Shown piece after piece: positions 22,417 to 33,683 of a DNA stretch of 64,000 nucleotides; within the stretch, counting starts at the first letter, position 1; every line of letters begins with the position of its first letter. The notes beneath the pieces were generated by a model. It searched no databases. It saw nothing but the letters and a program-made list of their open reading frames with translations, and was not told where the DNA came from. The position numbers and the translations under genes are program-made. Location of the stretch: contig CAWGED010000005.1 in NCBI GenBank assembly GCA_963821525.1, positions 832,001 through 896,000 of the forward strand, given 5' to 3'. Source of the stretch: an uncultured Gemmatimonadales bacterium. Its GTDB lineage: Bacteria > Gemmatimonadota > Gemmatimonadetes > Gemmatimonadales > GWC2-71-9.

Positions 22417-23928
22417 CAGACTCGCGACTGGTCCCCAAAAGATCGGACCATTCTCGGCGATTTCACCCGGATCAACGCCGTCGCCTCATCGATCGATCGG
22501 GTCTATGCGGCGGCTCCGACCGCACTCCTGATCTACGATCCCCAGTTCAAACAATGGCACGGCCCCTTTACCCCTCGGGATCCGGGGACGCTGGACCGGG
22601 TCTTTGCGGGGCTGGCGGATCCTCTCGACAACTCACTTTGGTTGGCACGTCCCGACGGGTGGGTGCACTACACCCCTGAGCTGGATCTGTGGGAACGCGG
22701 CATCGCACCAAATACGGTGCAGGAAATCGCCTTCGATGCCGACCAGCCGGCGCTCGGTCTCTTGCTGCGTACGCAGGGTGGCTGGTTCAATGTTCCTCGA
22801 GGTGGCGTTTCGGCCGTCCCGATCAATCCGCCTCGCCGCCTGATACGGCCGGCAACCTCCAACGATGCGATCCGCTCGAATCCCGCCTTGCAGGCGAACA
22901 GCAGCGCGATTCTCCTGAACGGGCGCCTGCGGACCGCTCGCTATACCTCGGCAGCCAAAGCGCTCGGGCTTCCCGGCTGGTACCTCGGCACGACCGGAGT
23001 CGGGCTGCTGTTTCTTCCCGAGGGGGCGGCAATGCCCGAACGCCTCTCCTTCGGTCTTCCGGGAGAGGATGTGGGCGCACTGTTCCCCGCACCAGGCGGA
23101 GTATGGATTATCACGCAGCGCACACCCAACCAGGATGCCGCGGTCAGCTTCGTCTCCAACGAGCTGACGCAGTTCCACTGGATCGAAGGCCCTCGGGCCA
23201 CCGGGTTCCCCTTTAACAAGGCGCACCGCCTGGTCGGGAATCAGAAAGATCTCTGGGCGGCAACTGATGTGGGCTTGATGCGGCTCAATCCCGAGTCGGA
23301 AGAGATGGATCTGTACGACGAAGGAGCGGGACTTCCCAATCGCACGGTCACCGATCTCGCGGTGCGTCGGGGGCGTATCGCGATAGCCACGCTCAATGGT
23401 GTCGTATCCCTGGGAGACTCGTTGAAGATCCAGCCGGTCGCCCCTTCGTTCACCGACGCGGCGCTCGCTGTGGCGTTTGAAGGCGACACCATCTGGGTTG
23501 GCACCGAAGCCGGCTTGGCGGTTGCACTGCCGGGACAGGGGAATCTGATGCAGCCCATAGGGCTCAAGCAGAGTCCCGCCTTTCAGGCCCCGGTGGTAGA
23601 CATCGAATGGGCCGCGGATACCCTCGTCGCACTCACCACCGAGCGCATGCTCTGGCGCGATACCCGTTCCGACACCTGGACGCTGGGCCCCGTGTTGTCG
23701 GCGCAGGTAGGCCGGCTCCATACCTTTGTTCGTTATCACGCCGGATTTTTCGTGGCGGGAGAGCGGGGATTCGGTTACGCTGCGCTCAATACTCAGATCG
23801 TCCGGCCGATCCTGACGCCTGGAGATCTGCCGGGTCCGGTGACCAGCATCGCGGTGGATGAGGGTTATCTCTGGGTCGGTACCCGGCGCGGGCTGGTCCG
23901 CTTCAGTCTCGACGCCATCGGACCATGA
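22345..23928 (+). CDS. Secreted beta-propeller-like protein
   Basis: Signal-like N-terminus; repeated LWAATDVGL/IWVGTEAGL/LWVGTRRGL blades. Confidence 0.65.
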   Translation: MRLSALSALIVLSVLIAFPSALPSQTRDWSPKDRTILGDFTRINAVASSIDRVYAAAPTALLIYDPQFKQWHGPFTPRDPGTLDRVFAGLADPLDNSLWLARPDGWVHYTPELDLWERGIAPNTVQEIAFDADQPALGLLLRTQGGWFNVPRGGVSAVPINPPRRLIRPATSNDAIRSNPALQANSSAILLNGRLRTARYTSAAKALGLPGWYLGTTGVGLLFLPEGAAMPERLSFGLPGEDVGALFPAPGGVWIITQRTPNQDAAVSFVSNELTQFHWIEGPRATGFPFNKAHRLVGNQKDLWAATDVGLMRLNPESEEMDLYDEGAGLPNRTVTDLAVRRGRIAIATLNGVVSLGDSLKIQPVAPSFTDAALAVAFEGDTIWVGTEAGLAVALPGQGNLMQPIGLKQSPAFQAPVVDIEWAADTLVALTTERMLWRDTRSDTWTLGPVLSAQVGRLHTFVRYHAGFFVAGERGFGYAALNTQIVRPILTPGDLPGPVTSIAVDEGYLWVGTRRGLVRFSLDAIGP

Positions 23929-23950
23929 ATCACCCCTTCCAAGCTGCCTG

Positions 23951-24907
23951 ATGGAGCTAGGCCCGGGCCCCGAGTTCGACCGGATCCGGCGCATCGCCCA
24001 GCGACTCGGCTCCCGTGCGGCTCCGCTGGGAGACGATTGCGCCCTGCTCCGCATCGGGAACTCGACACTCGCCTTCAGCACCGATCTTTCGCTTGAGGAC
24101 GTCCATTTCCGACGCTCCTGGCTCTCGGCTCAGGAGATCGGCTGGCGGGCCACCGCGGCAGCGCTTTCGGATCTCGCGGCCGAAGGGGCCACACCGATCG
24201 GCGTGCTCGCCAGCATCGGGGTGCCGGCCCGAGACTCGGGCGAACCGCTCCAACAATTGATGGACGGAGTAGGAGAGGCCGCGGCATCGGTCGGCGCCCA
24301 GGTGCTGGGTGGCGATCTCGCTCAGGCCGAGAGTTGGATCGTGAATCTCACCGTGATTGGATCCGCCGAGCGTCCAGTGCAGCGCTCCGGGGGAATGCCG
24401 GGGGACAACGTCTGGGTGACCGGAGTTCTTGGTGGCGCTCGTGCGGCGCTCGAACGCTGGCTTGCTGGAGCGGAGCCCGACAGTGCGGCGCGCCAGTCGT
24501 TCGCTCATCCCACTCCGCGGATCGCGGCTGGCCGCGGTCTCGCCGAGCGGGGCGCGCACGCCATGATTGATCTGAGCGACGGCCTGGCCGGGGACGCGGG
24601 CCATCTTGCTGCCGCCTCGGTCTGCGCCATCGCGATAGACCTTGGAACGCTTCCGATTCATTCGTCGGTGACCGAAGCGGCCCGCCTCGCCGGAATTCCG
24701 CCAGAGCGTTACGCCGCCTTGGGTGGTGAAGACTACGAGCTTCTGGTAGCCATGCCGCCCGAGTTCGCTGAGCGAGAGGCGCAATCGCTCGGCATCGAGT
24801 GCGGTGTCGCACTCACCCGGATCGGGACTCTTGCTGCGGGGCAGGGAGCCAGCTTCTGGAGCGGCGGGACACTGGTCGAGCTCGCGGGGTTCAGCCATTT
24901 CGCATGA
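23951..24907 (+). CDS. thiL: Thiamine-monophosphate kinase
   Basis: EFDRI, GDDCA, LSDLAA, MIDLSDG and GGEDYELL. Confidence 0.93.
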   Translation: MELGPGPEFDRIRRIAQRLGSRAAPLGDDCALLRIGNSTLAFSTDLSLEDVHFRRSWLSAQEIGWRATAAALSDLAAEGATPIGVLASIGVPARDSGEPLQQLMDGVGEAAASVGAQVLGGDLAQAESWIVNLTVIGSAERPVQRSGGMPGDNVWVTGVLGGARAALERWLAGAEPDSAARQSFAHPTPRIAAGRGLAERGAHAMIDLSDGLAGDAGHLAAASVCAIAIDLGTLPIHSSVTEAARLAGIPPERYAALGGEDYELLVAMPPEFAEREAQSLGIECGVALTRIGTLAAGQGASFWSGGTLVELAGFSHFA

Positions 24908-25620
24908 TCGCGGCCGTCCGGCTGGTAGTCACCGTCCTCCTGGCGACGTTCTGGTACGGCAACAAGCTCGTCTTGGCAGCCTGTTCCGTGATGCGATACC
25001 GGCGAGGTGGGGTGTACGACGACGGTTCCTCGGGGATACGGTCGGTTCCTGCTGCGGGCCAACCGTCTCTCTGTCAGCCTGGTCCATGCCGAACGGCTGA
25101 ATGGCATGCAACCCTGCGTCTACGTCGCCAATCATTCGTCGTGGCTCGACCCGCTGGCAGTGGTCGATGTCCTGCCGGATTCGGTGCGATTCACTCCCAA
25201 GATCGAGCTGATGCGGGTCCCCCTGTTCGGCGATGCCCTCAAGGCTGGCAAGCACCCCGCCATCGACCGGCACAACCGTGCTTCGGCGGTCGCGGCTTAC
25301 GAAAAAGCCGCCGCCATGATCCGCGAAGGCATCTCCGCGATCGTCTTCCCTGAAGGCACCCGAAGCCACGACGGAAATCTGCAGGAGTTCAAGAAGGGGC
25401 CTTTCGTCCTCGCCATAGTCGCCCAGGTCCCGGTGGTGCCGCTCTGGATCGCTGGTGCCCGGGAGGCGCTGCCTCGGGGCACACTCCGGCTCCGTCCCGG
25501 CCCGATCGAAGTGCGGGTAGGGCCATCCATCCCAACCGTCGGGCTCAGCTACGAGGATCGGGATGAGGTGTTGAAACGTTGTCGGAATGCGATGGTGGAG
25601 CTGGGTGAGGAACCAGAAGC

Positions 25621-25624
<4 letters not shown>
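24904..25624 (+). CDS. plsC: 1-acyl-sn-glycerol-3-phosphate acyltransferase (frameshift near 25025)
   Basis: NHSSWLD, FPEGTRS and FKKG. Confidence 0.85.
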
Positions 25625-27379
<1,755 letters not shown>

Positions 27380-27393
<14 letters not shown>

Positions 27394-27409
27394 GGGTGGT
27401 CAATACGAT
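27380..27409 (+). promoter_or_regulatory. Putative sigma70 promoter for tRNA-Met
   Basis: TTGACG-N18-TACGAT about 130 bp upstream of the tRNA. Confidence 0.4.
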
Positions 27410-27468
27410 TGGCGCCCGGTAGGGAGTGGGGAGACGGAACGCCGTGACGCAGGACGTCAGAATTGTTT

Positions 27469-27530
27469 GTACTAGGTACTCGGTACTAGGTACTCGGTAC
27501 TCGGATACTCGGTACCAGGTACCAGGTACT
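27469..27530. repeat. Heptamer array (GTACTCG/GTACTAG/GTACCAG), about 9 units
   Basis: Directly upstream of tRNA-Met; flanked by a TGTTTGT direct repeat. Confidence 0.9.
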
Positions 27531-27537
27531 GTTTGTT

Positions 27538-27611
27538 GGCAGGGTAGCTCAGGTGGTTAGAGCACGGCACTCATAATGCCGGGGTCGCGGGTTCGAGTCC
27601 CGCCCCTGCTA
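27538..27611 (+). tRNA. tRNA-Met (CAT), probably elongator; CCA not encoded
   Basis: Acceptor GGCAGGG/CCCTGCT, D arm AGCTCAGGTGGTTAGAGC, anticodon arm CGGCA-CTCATAA-TGCCG and T arm GGTTCGAGTCC. Confidence 0.95.
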
Positions 27612-27617
27612 CTTCCG

Positions 27618-27658
27618 AAGTCCCGTCATCCCCAAGTGGATGCGGGACTTTCTTCTTG
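27618..27658. terminator. Intrinsic terminator between tRNA-Met and cyc2
   Basis: AAGTCCCG(T)CATCC-CAAGT-GGATGCGGGACTT followed by a T-rich tail. Confidence 0.75.
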
Positions 27659-27757
27659 TACGTCGGCGTCAGCTGAACTCGGGATGCCACCACCGGAGGC
27701 ACCACAGCGACCCAAATGCTTGCGAGCCGTCCTCCGGTCACTTCCTTCGTTTGTCTA

Positions 27758-29135
27758 TCAGAACGCCAGCCAGGCGAACGCGAACAGCGTGTTGTTCCCC
27801 GCCGCACTCCTGCCGGACCCGTCGTAGTCCGTCTTCCCGCCGTTGAAGTTGGAATACGCGGTGTACTGGAGTCCCAACCGCGTGTTCTCCCAAGGGTTCA
27901 GGTCGACTTCCCCGACGAACCCGTCGGTCTTGGGGCTCCCGTTGGCGCTGCCGTCCACGGGGTCGGGCGCGTACAGCCCGGCGTCGCTGGTGCCCTGGGT
28001 ATCGAAGTACCCGCCGCTCAGGCCGATCCACTGCTTCGGATACCAGCTCGCGTTGAACCGCAGGACCTTGAGCGTGTTCGTCACGTTGTCCGATCCGCCG
28101 GCCGCAGCGGTCGCATCCAGCGTCTGGTCTTCGTGCACATACGAGCCCCGCAGCACGATGTTCCCGCTGCCCGCCGCGGTCTCGAACTGCGCGTCGACGC
28201 CCACGTCGCTGTAGGTGTCACGCGGGCCGCTCAGCACGTCGGGGAACAGGCTCCCGTGCAGGCCGAAGGTGCCGATCATCAGGTAGCGGTGCTCCCACTC
28301 CTGCTGGAGCGCGAGCCGCCAGTACGGGGCCACGCCGTCGATCGCCCCGGTTGCCGAGGTGGGTGCGGCCGAGCCCTGCAGGGCGGAGCGATAGACCGAA
28401 AACTCGCCGTACACATGGTTCGCCAGCATCGCATACCCGCCGAGTCCGAGGACGTTCTGCGCCAGCCCCTCGTCGATCAGCGTGCCGGCCGCACCGCTCG
28501 GGCGCGGCATCCGAGCCGATGAACGGGTAGCCCCACACCGGCGTCGTGTTCCATAGATCCTGCACCGAGGGGCTGTTGTTGAGCGTCGCCCCGTAGGCCA
28601 GCTCGGCGTTGCCGATCGACGTCTTGTTGGCGAACCGGATATCCACGTTGTCGATCCCGAACGCGCCATCGGCGCCCGAGTAGGTGAACTGTGAGAACAG
28701 TCCCATCTGCGAGCTGATGCGTCCCGCGAGAAAACCGCTCAGCTCCTGGGGCAACGCCGCGGCGCCGTTCTGCGTGTCGGGCAGGTCGTCCTTGGTGCGG
28801 GTAACGCCCGCGGTCACCATCGCGGCGAGCAGCGAGACGGGCGACAGGCTCAGCTTGCCACCGTTGGTCGAGTCCTTCTCGGTCAGCGGGACCAGGTTGG
28901 TGAGCGTGTATCCGTTGAGCTTGAACTTGCGGCCGAACGGCGTCAGCGTGAGGAACTGATAGTGACAGGCGCTGCACGCGAGCCCCGTCTGGCGGGCGAA
29001 GCTGGGAAGGCTGAGGTGAGCGCCGTTGTGCGCCGCCACGTAGGCGCGGGCGAGATCGCCGAGATCGTCGGTCGCGGACAGCGGGGAAGCGAGTGTGCAG
29101 AGAAGCAGGAGTACCGACCAACGCTTCACAGGCAT
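27758..29135 (-). CDS. cyc2: Cyc2-like cytochrome c-porin fusion (about 458 aa; one frameshift near 28500)
   Basis: Signal peptide; LPSFARQTGLACSACH...LTPFGRKFKLNGY; beta-barrel-like body ending ...FAFAWLAF with a C-terminal Phe. Confidence 0.85.
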
Positions 29136-29319
29136 GGGAACCGCCGAGGTGGTAGGTCCTCCACGGTTGGAGCATGCCGATGAAGCGAGCATGAAGGTTC
29201 CTTGAAGTTTTGTTCGGGGACAATCTGTCCGCGCCGGCCTCTTGTCTCCCCGTCCGAGGCAGTGCAAGTATCTAGTCAGTGAGGAAACTCCCGAATCCAA
29301 TCCATTCCCGAGGCGCCCA

Positions 29320-29715
29320 ATGACCCGAGCACTGCGGCTCCTGCTGGTGAGCGGGGCGTTGTCCCTCGGTGTCCAGCAGGCGTACGCGCAAACCGCCGAT
29401 ACCGCACATGGGCCCGTGCCGGACAGCACGATGCTCACCACGGCGATGGTCGACGCGGGTCGGAAGATCTTTCACGGCAGGGGCACCTGCTTCGGCTGTC
29501 ACGGCGACAAGCTGCAGGGCGGCCCGGTCGCGCCAGCGCTGACCGGTCGGTCGTGGCGGCACATCGACGGCAGCTACTCGGCGATCATCGATCGGGTGGA
29601 CAACGGGCTGGCGGGCACGCTCATGGTGCCGCACCCTGGGGGCATCGAGGAATCGCAGGTGTTCCTCGTTGCGTCCTACGTATACGCGGTGAGCCACGGG
29701 ATGGCCAAGCCCTAA
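29320..29715 (+). CDS. Periplasmic monoheme c-type cytochrome
   Basis: Signal peptide; GRKIF..TCFGCHG, APAL and a distal Met (GTLM). Confidence 0.88.
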   Translation: MTRALRLLLVSGALSLGVQQAYAQTADTAHGPVPDSTMLTTAMVDAGRKIFHGRGTCFGCHGDKLQGGPVAPALTGRSWRHIDGSYSAIIDRVDNGLAGTLMVPHPGGIEESQVFLVASYVYAVSHGMAKP

Positions 29716-29737
29716 CGTCGTGAGGCAAGGGGGGACG

Positions 29738-30226
29738 ATGAACGTCGCGCGCGCAGCCGTTGCCGGCCTGGTCGGTACCGCGGCCATGACGGCCCTGCTC
29801 CTGGTGGAGCCGTCGATCGGTCTGCCGAAGATCGCGATGGGTCAGGTGCTGAGCACGTCGCTCGGCTTCACGACCGCGCACCTGGCGATCGGCCCGGCGA
29901 TCGGGTGGTGCCTCCACTTCGGGATCGGCATCGTGCTGGCCTTGATCTATGCCGCCGCTTTCGACGGACGCCTTCCCGGACCGCCTGTGGTGCGTGGGGC
30001 GGTCTATGGCGTGATGGTCTTCGTCGTGGCTCAGGTGGTCTTCATGCCGCTGGTCGGCGGGGGCTTCTTCTCACGGGGCGACCTGGAGCTGATCACCGGC
30101 AGCCTGCTCGGCCACCTGCTCTACGGCGGGGTCGTCGGCTGGAGCTATCACGGAAGTCGGGATGACCGACTCATCGCGCATCGCGGACCCGCTGGGGCCG
30201 ACGCTAATCGCCCTGTCCCTCACTGA
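29738..30226 (+). CDS. Four-TM membrane protein (DUF6789/DUF1440-like)
   Basis: AGLVGTAAMT, GWCLHFGIG and GHLLYG. Confidence 0.6.
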   Translation: MNVARAAVAGLVGTAAMTALLLVEPSIGLPKIAMGQVLSTSLGFTTAHLAIGPAIGWCLHFGIGIVLALIYAAAFDGRLPGPPVVRGAVYGVMVFVVAQVVFMPLVGGGFFSRGDLELITGSLLGHLLYGGVVGWSYHGSRDDRLIAHRGPAGADANRPVPH

Positions 30227-30337
30227 ATGGAAGAACCTCCATGTCTTCGAGGCAGCGATCGGTCCACCGTTCGGAGCTCCATGAATGATGAAGCCGGCAT
30301 GAGAAGACTCACGACCCCGACACCCTGCTATGGTCGC

Positions 30338-30730
30338 TCAGAACGCCGGCAGCAGCGTCCCTACCGCCTGGCGCAATTCCGACACGCTGAACGGCTCCCG
30401 CAGGATTCCCACACCAGGTGGGAGCTCGCGCTCCAATTCCGGGGTCGATCTTCCCCCGTTGGCGAGGTACAGCACCGACACCCACGGTAGCATCGTGCGC
30501 AGCTCGTGGATCAATTCCACCCCGGGCTTGCCCCCGGTTCGGCTGTTGCTGATCACCAGATCACAGACCTTGAGCCCGAAGGCCAGTTCCAGCGCGGACA
30601 AGCCATCGTAGGCCAGGAAGACTGCATGTCCCTCGGCAGTGAGGACCTCGATGATCTCGTTGGCAATGGTACGATCTTCGTCGGCAACGACGATGTAACG
30701 CCCCTCGAAGCCGGGGCGGCGTAGCGACAT
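30338..30730 (-). CDS. Stand-alone atypical receiver (REC) domain protein
   Basis: IVVADED, DGLSAL, DLVISN and REPF. Confidence 0.75.
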   Translation of the reverse strand: MSLRRPGFEGRYIVVADEDRTIANEIIEVLTAEGHAVFLAYDGLSALELAFGLKVCDLVISNSRTGGKPGVELIHELRTMLPWVSVLYLANGGRSTPELERELPPGVGILREPFSVSELRQAVGTLLPAF

Positions 30731-31015
30731 CGTTAGCCTTGGACCCGGGGGGACGTCCGGGAGTTGCACGCGGGAAGGACTGCCGACTGAATATACCCGA
30801 TTTCCCGGGGACCGAGGTGCGCTGAGTCGTCAGCTTCTTCCTGAGGAGGGCTTCATGGAGGCGTTATCGCGGCGACGCGCTTCGAAGGGGAACGTGACTC
30901 CCATTCAGGTCGGTGCACTGGCGCGCGACGACTCTGGCCTTCAGAATGTGTGCAGTAACCGGCGCATGGAGGCTCGGGATCTCGCTGGGCGCCGGTTGGG
31001 AACGACTAGTAGTGC

Positions 31016-32065
31016 ATGCCGGAGGGAATCATGCCTTCGCGAATACTCATTCTTCTCGTGCTCCTGATTACGGCCTGCGGGAAGCCGGCGCCGCCCGCCA
31101 GCGAGCAAGCCGGCCGGCAGCCGACTGCCCCGGCCACACCTGCTCCGACGGAGCCTCCCACAGCAATTTCGCACGGCGAAGCGGCCATCGGTCCCCCGCT
31201 CACGGCACCCGACCGGGCAGCTGACGCTCCACCACCTTCGAAGCAGCGGCATCAGCAGATCCGGTTCGTCACGGCCCACGTGCGTCACGAGGTCGCGCCC
31301 GGAGTGGTCTACGACGCCTGGACCTTCGACTCGATGGTCCCGGGGCCAACGCTTCGCTTGCGGGTCGGTGATACCCTGGACTTCACCCTCGTCAATGGGG
31401 CCATCATGCCCCACTCGATGGATTTCCACGCCGCCGAGATCGCACCGGACAAGGCATACCGGAACGTGATGCCGGGAGACAGCATTCATTTCCGGTTTGT
31501 GGCCCGGGTACCCGGTGCATTCATGTATCACTGCGGCACCGCTCCAGTCGCGGCCCACATCAGTAACGGGATGTATGGTGCGTTGATCGTCGATCCTCGC
31601 ACCCCTCGACCTCCGGCCCAGGAATTCGTGTTCGTGCAGAGCGAGTTCTACATGGGGCCGCCGGCCGGTAAGGACTCGGTTCGCAGCATGGACTGGGAGA
31701 AGCTGCTCAACGCCTCGCCCGATTATGTCGTGTTCAATGGTGTCGCTTCGCGGTATGCGACGCATCCCATTCCCGTGGCGGAGCACAAGCCGATCCGGCT
31801 GTATGTCGTCAACGCCGGGCCCAACCGGATCAGCTCCTTCCACGTGGTCGGCGCAATCTTCGACAAGGTGATTGCCGACGGCTTCGGACGGCCGTTCGAC
31901 GGGATGCAGACCTGGAATGTCCCGGTGGGGGGTGGCGCCATCTTCGAGCTCCGGCTGGCAGAGCCCGGTTTGTACCCCTTCGTCACCCATGCCTTTGCCG
32001 ACGCCACCAAAGGAGGCGTCGGGGTCTTTCAGGCGGGTAACGCCGCGGGGTCAGTCGCACATTGA
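31016..32065 (+). CDS. nirK: Copper-containing nitrite reductase, lipoprotein type
   Basis: Lipobox LITAC; HSMDFH, YHC..H....M (T1/T2 Cu ligands), SSFHVVG and PFVTH. Confidence 0.88.
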   Translation: MPEGIMPSRILILLVLLITACGKPAPPASEQAGRQPTAPATPAPTEPPTAISHGEAAIGPPLTAPDRAADAPPPSKQRHQQIRFVTAHVRHEVAPGVVYDAWTFDSMVPGPTLRLRVGDTLDFTLVNGAIMPHSMDFHAAEIAPDKAYRNVMPGDSIHFRFVARVPGAFMYHCGTAPVAAHISNGMYGALIVDPRTPRPPAQEFVFVQSEFYMGPPAGKDSVRSMDWEKLLNASPDYVVFNGVASRYATHPIPVAEHKPIRLYVVNAGPNRISSFHVVGAIFDKVIADGFGRPFDGMQTWNVPVGGGAIFELRLAEPGLYPFVTHAFADATKGGVGVFQAGNAAGSVAH

Positions 32066-32118
32066 GTGCGGACCGGTCTGCCTCGGAGCTTCTCAACCTC
32101 TCGCGCGGGACAGCGCTC

Positions 32119-32676
32119 ATGGACCTCAGCACGGATGCAGAGGTGTCGGTGCGGTACGACGCCCGGCTTGCAGGGATCTTCTATCTGCTCAACATCCTGA
32201 CTGGAGCGTCCGCGCTCTTTGCTCACGGCACGCTGGCGTCCGCCTTACTTCTCATCTCCACCGTCTGTTACGTCGGGGTAACGATTCTTTTCTATCACCT
32301 TTTCCGTCCGGTGGACCGGACAATTTCCGGATTGGCGGCGCTCTGCAGCATCACAGGATGCGTCATTACTACGCTCGGCACCTTGCGCCTTGCCGCCGCT
32401 CCCGTCAGCCCGTTGGTGTTTTTCGGACTCTATTGCCTCCTGATCGGATATCTGATTCTTCGCTCGACCTTTCTGCCTCGGTTCCTCGGTGTGCTGATGG
32501 CACTGGGCGGCCTGGGCTGGCTGACCTTTCTGTCGCCAGCACTCTCGAGCAAGTTGTCTCCCTGGAACATGGCCCCGGGTATCCTCGGTGAAGGCACGCT
32601 CACTCTGTGGTTGCTGGTGGCTGCTGTAAATGCCCGACAATGGCTGGAGCAGTCGACCATCAGCGGTGTCGTGTAG
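32119..32676 (+). CDS. DUF4386-like membrane protein
   Basis: ARLAGIFYL, FFGLYCLLIGYLILRSTFLPRFLG and GE..LTLWLL. Confidence 0.7.
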   Translation: MDLSTDAEVSVRYDARLAGIFYLLNILTGASALFAHGTLASALLLISTVCYVGVTILFYHLFRPVDRTISGLAALCSITGCVITTLGTLRLAAAPVSPLVFFGLYCLLIGYLILRSTFLPRFLGVLMALGGLGWLTFLSPALSSKLSPWNMAPGILGEGTLTLWLLVAAVNARQWLEQSTISGVV

Positions 32677-33619
32677 CCGCTTGAGACTCGCAGGCGCCGC
32701 GCTGCTCAGCGTTGTCGCTGCACCGCTCATCGCTCAGGCGAGGCCGCCGCTCGATCTCGTCGTCGTGACCGCGGTTACTCAGGAGGGTCACGCGACGGAC
32801 GACTGGCTCGCTATTCTTCGGACCCGACTGTCTCCCGCGCAGTACGACTCGATCGCCCCGCTTCAGAAGGCTCTCGCACCCGACGAAGCGGCCTGGGATT
32901 CCCTCATCCACGCCCGGGCACCGGCCTGGATCGGGCTGGCCGCGCCGATCACGTCGCTCTATTCTCCGGCTCAGCCACCGGCGGTCAGGGTGATGGTGGG
33001 CAATCGGGGAGCGGACGATGCCTTCACTGCCGACAATCACACCATCGCCTTCGATTTGTCCCGACTCGTCTCCATCTATGGTCCGGCCAACGATCCCGCG
33101 AACGGTGTCCGCATCGACCGTTTCTTCCGCCACGAGTTCTCTCACATTCTGCAGAAGGCGTGGCTCGCGGCTCACCCCTGGGCTATCACCTCCCCCTTGA
33201 ACGCCGCCTTATTCGACATCTGGACGGAAGGCCTTGGCAATTACTACTCGTTGTCCGACCAATGGCTCGATCCGCAGGGCCAGCTGACCGACCGGTCCCG
33301 GCAGACCCTGGCGGTCCTCGAGCCCCGCTTCGCCTCCAATCTCCATGCTCTTGCCTGTGCCGATTCGGCCAGCGCCGCGCCGCTCCTCGCGACCCTCTCT
33401 TCGGGCCCGTTTGATCGGAAGTGGGGGGCCATTCCCGCGGCCCTCTGGCTTGCCAGCGAACCAGAACCCGAAGACAGCGCACTCCGACGTTTCATCGTCG
33501 CCGGTCCCGCCGGAGTGTGGGACCTCGCCGCCCGCCATATCGCCCCGGAGTTGGCAGAGAGCCTGAGGGATGCGCAGCAGCGCGGATCGCAATGTGGTCA
33601 GACCTCTCGCCCGGAGTAA
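32666..33619 (+). CDS. Secreted putative Zn-dependent peptidase (DUF5700/DUF2268-like)
   Basis: Signal peptide; HEFSH plus downstream TEG. Confidence 0.6.
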   Translation: MSCSRLRLAGAALLSVVAAPLIAQARPPLDLVVVTAVTQEGHATDDWLAILRTRLSPAQYDSIAPLQKALAPDEAAWDSLIHARAPAWIGLAAPITSLYSPAQPPAVRVMVGNRGADDAFTADNHTIAFDLSRLVSIYGPANDPANGVRIDRFFRHEFSHILQKAWLAAHPWAITSPLNAALFDIWTEGLGNYYSLSDQWLDPQGQLTDRSRQTLAVLEPRFASNLHALACADSASAAPLLATLSSGPFDRKWGAIPAALWLASEPEPEDSALRRFIVAGPAGVWDLAARHIAPELAESLRDAQQRGSQCGQTSRPE

Positions 33620-33683
33620 CGTGTCGCCCGCAGGCGCGGCGTCAGGCGGCTTCCAACTCAGTTCTTAACCCGAAGGGGTAAAG

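Noticed and set aside
27469..27530. Possible CRISPR array
   Set aside because: Units are 7 bp with no unique spacers, and there are no cas genes in the window
27538..27611. tRNA-Ile2 or initiator tRNA-fMet identity
   Set aside because: It lacks the initiator C1 mismatch and the GGG/CCC anticodon stem, and overall it resembles elongator Met more than Ile2. A covariance-model check would be decisive.
29136..31015. FNR/NnrR box upstream of cyc2, the cytochrome c or nirK
   Set aside because: No TTGAT-N4-ATCAA-like site found by eye
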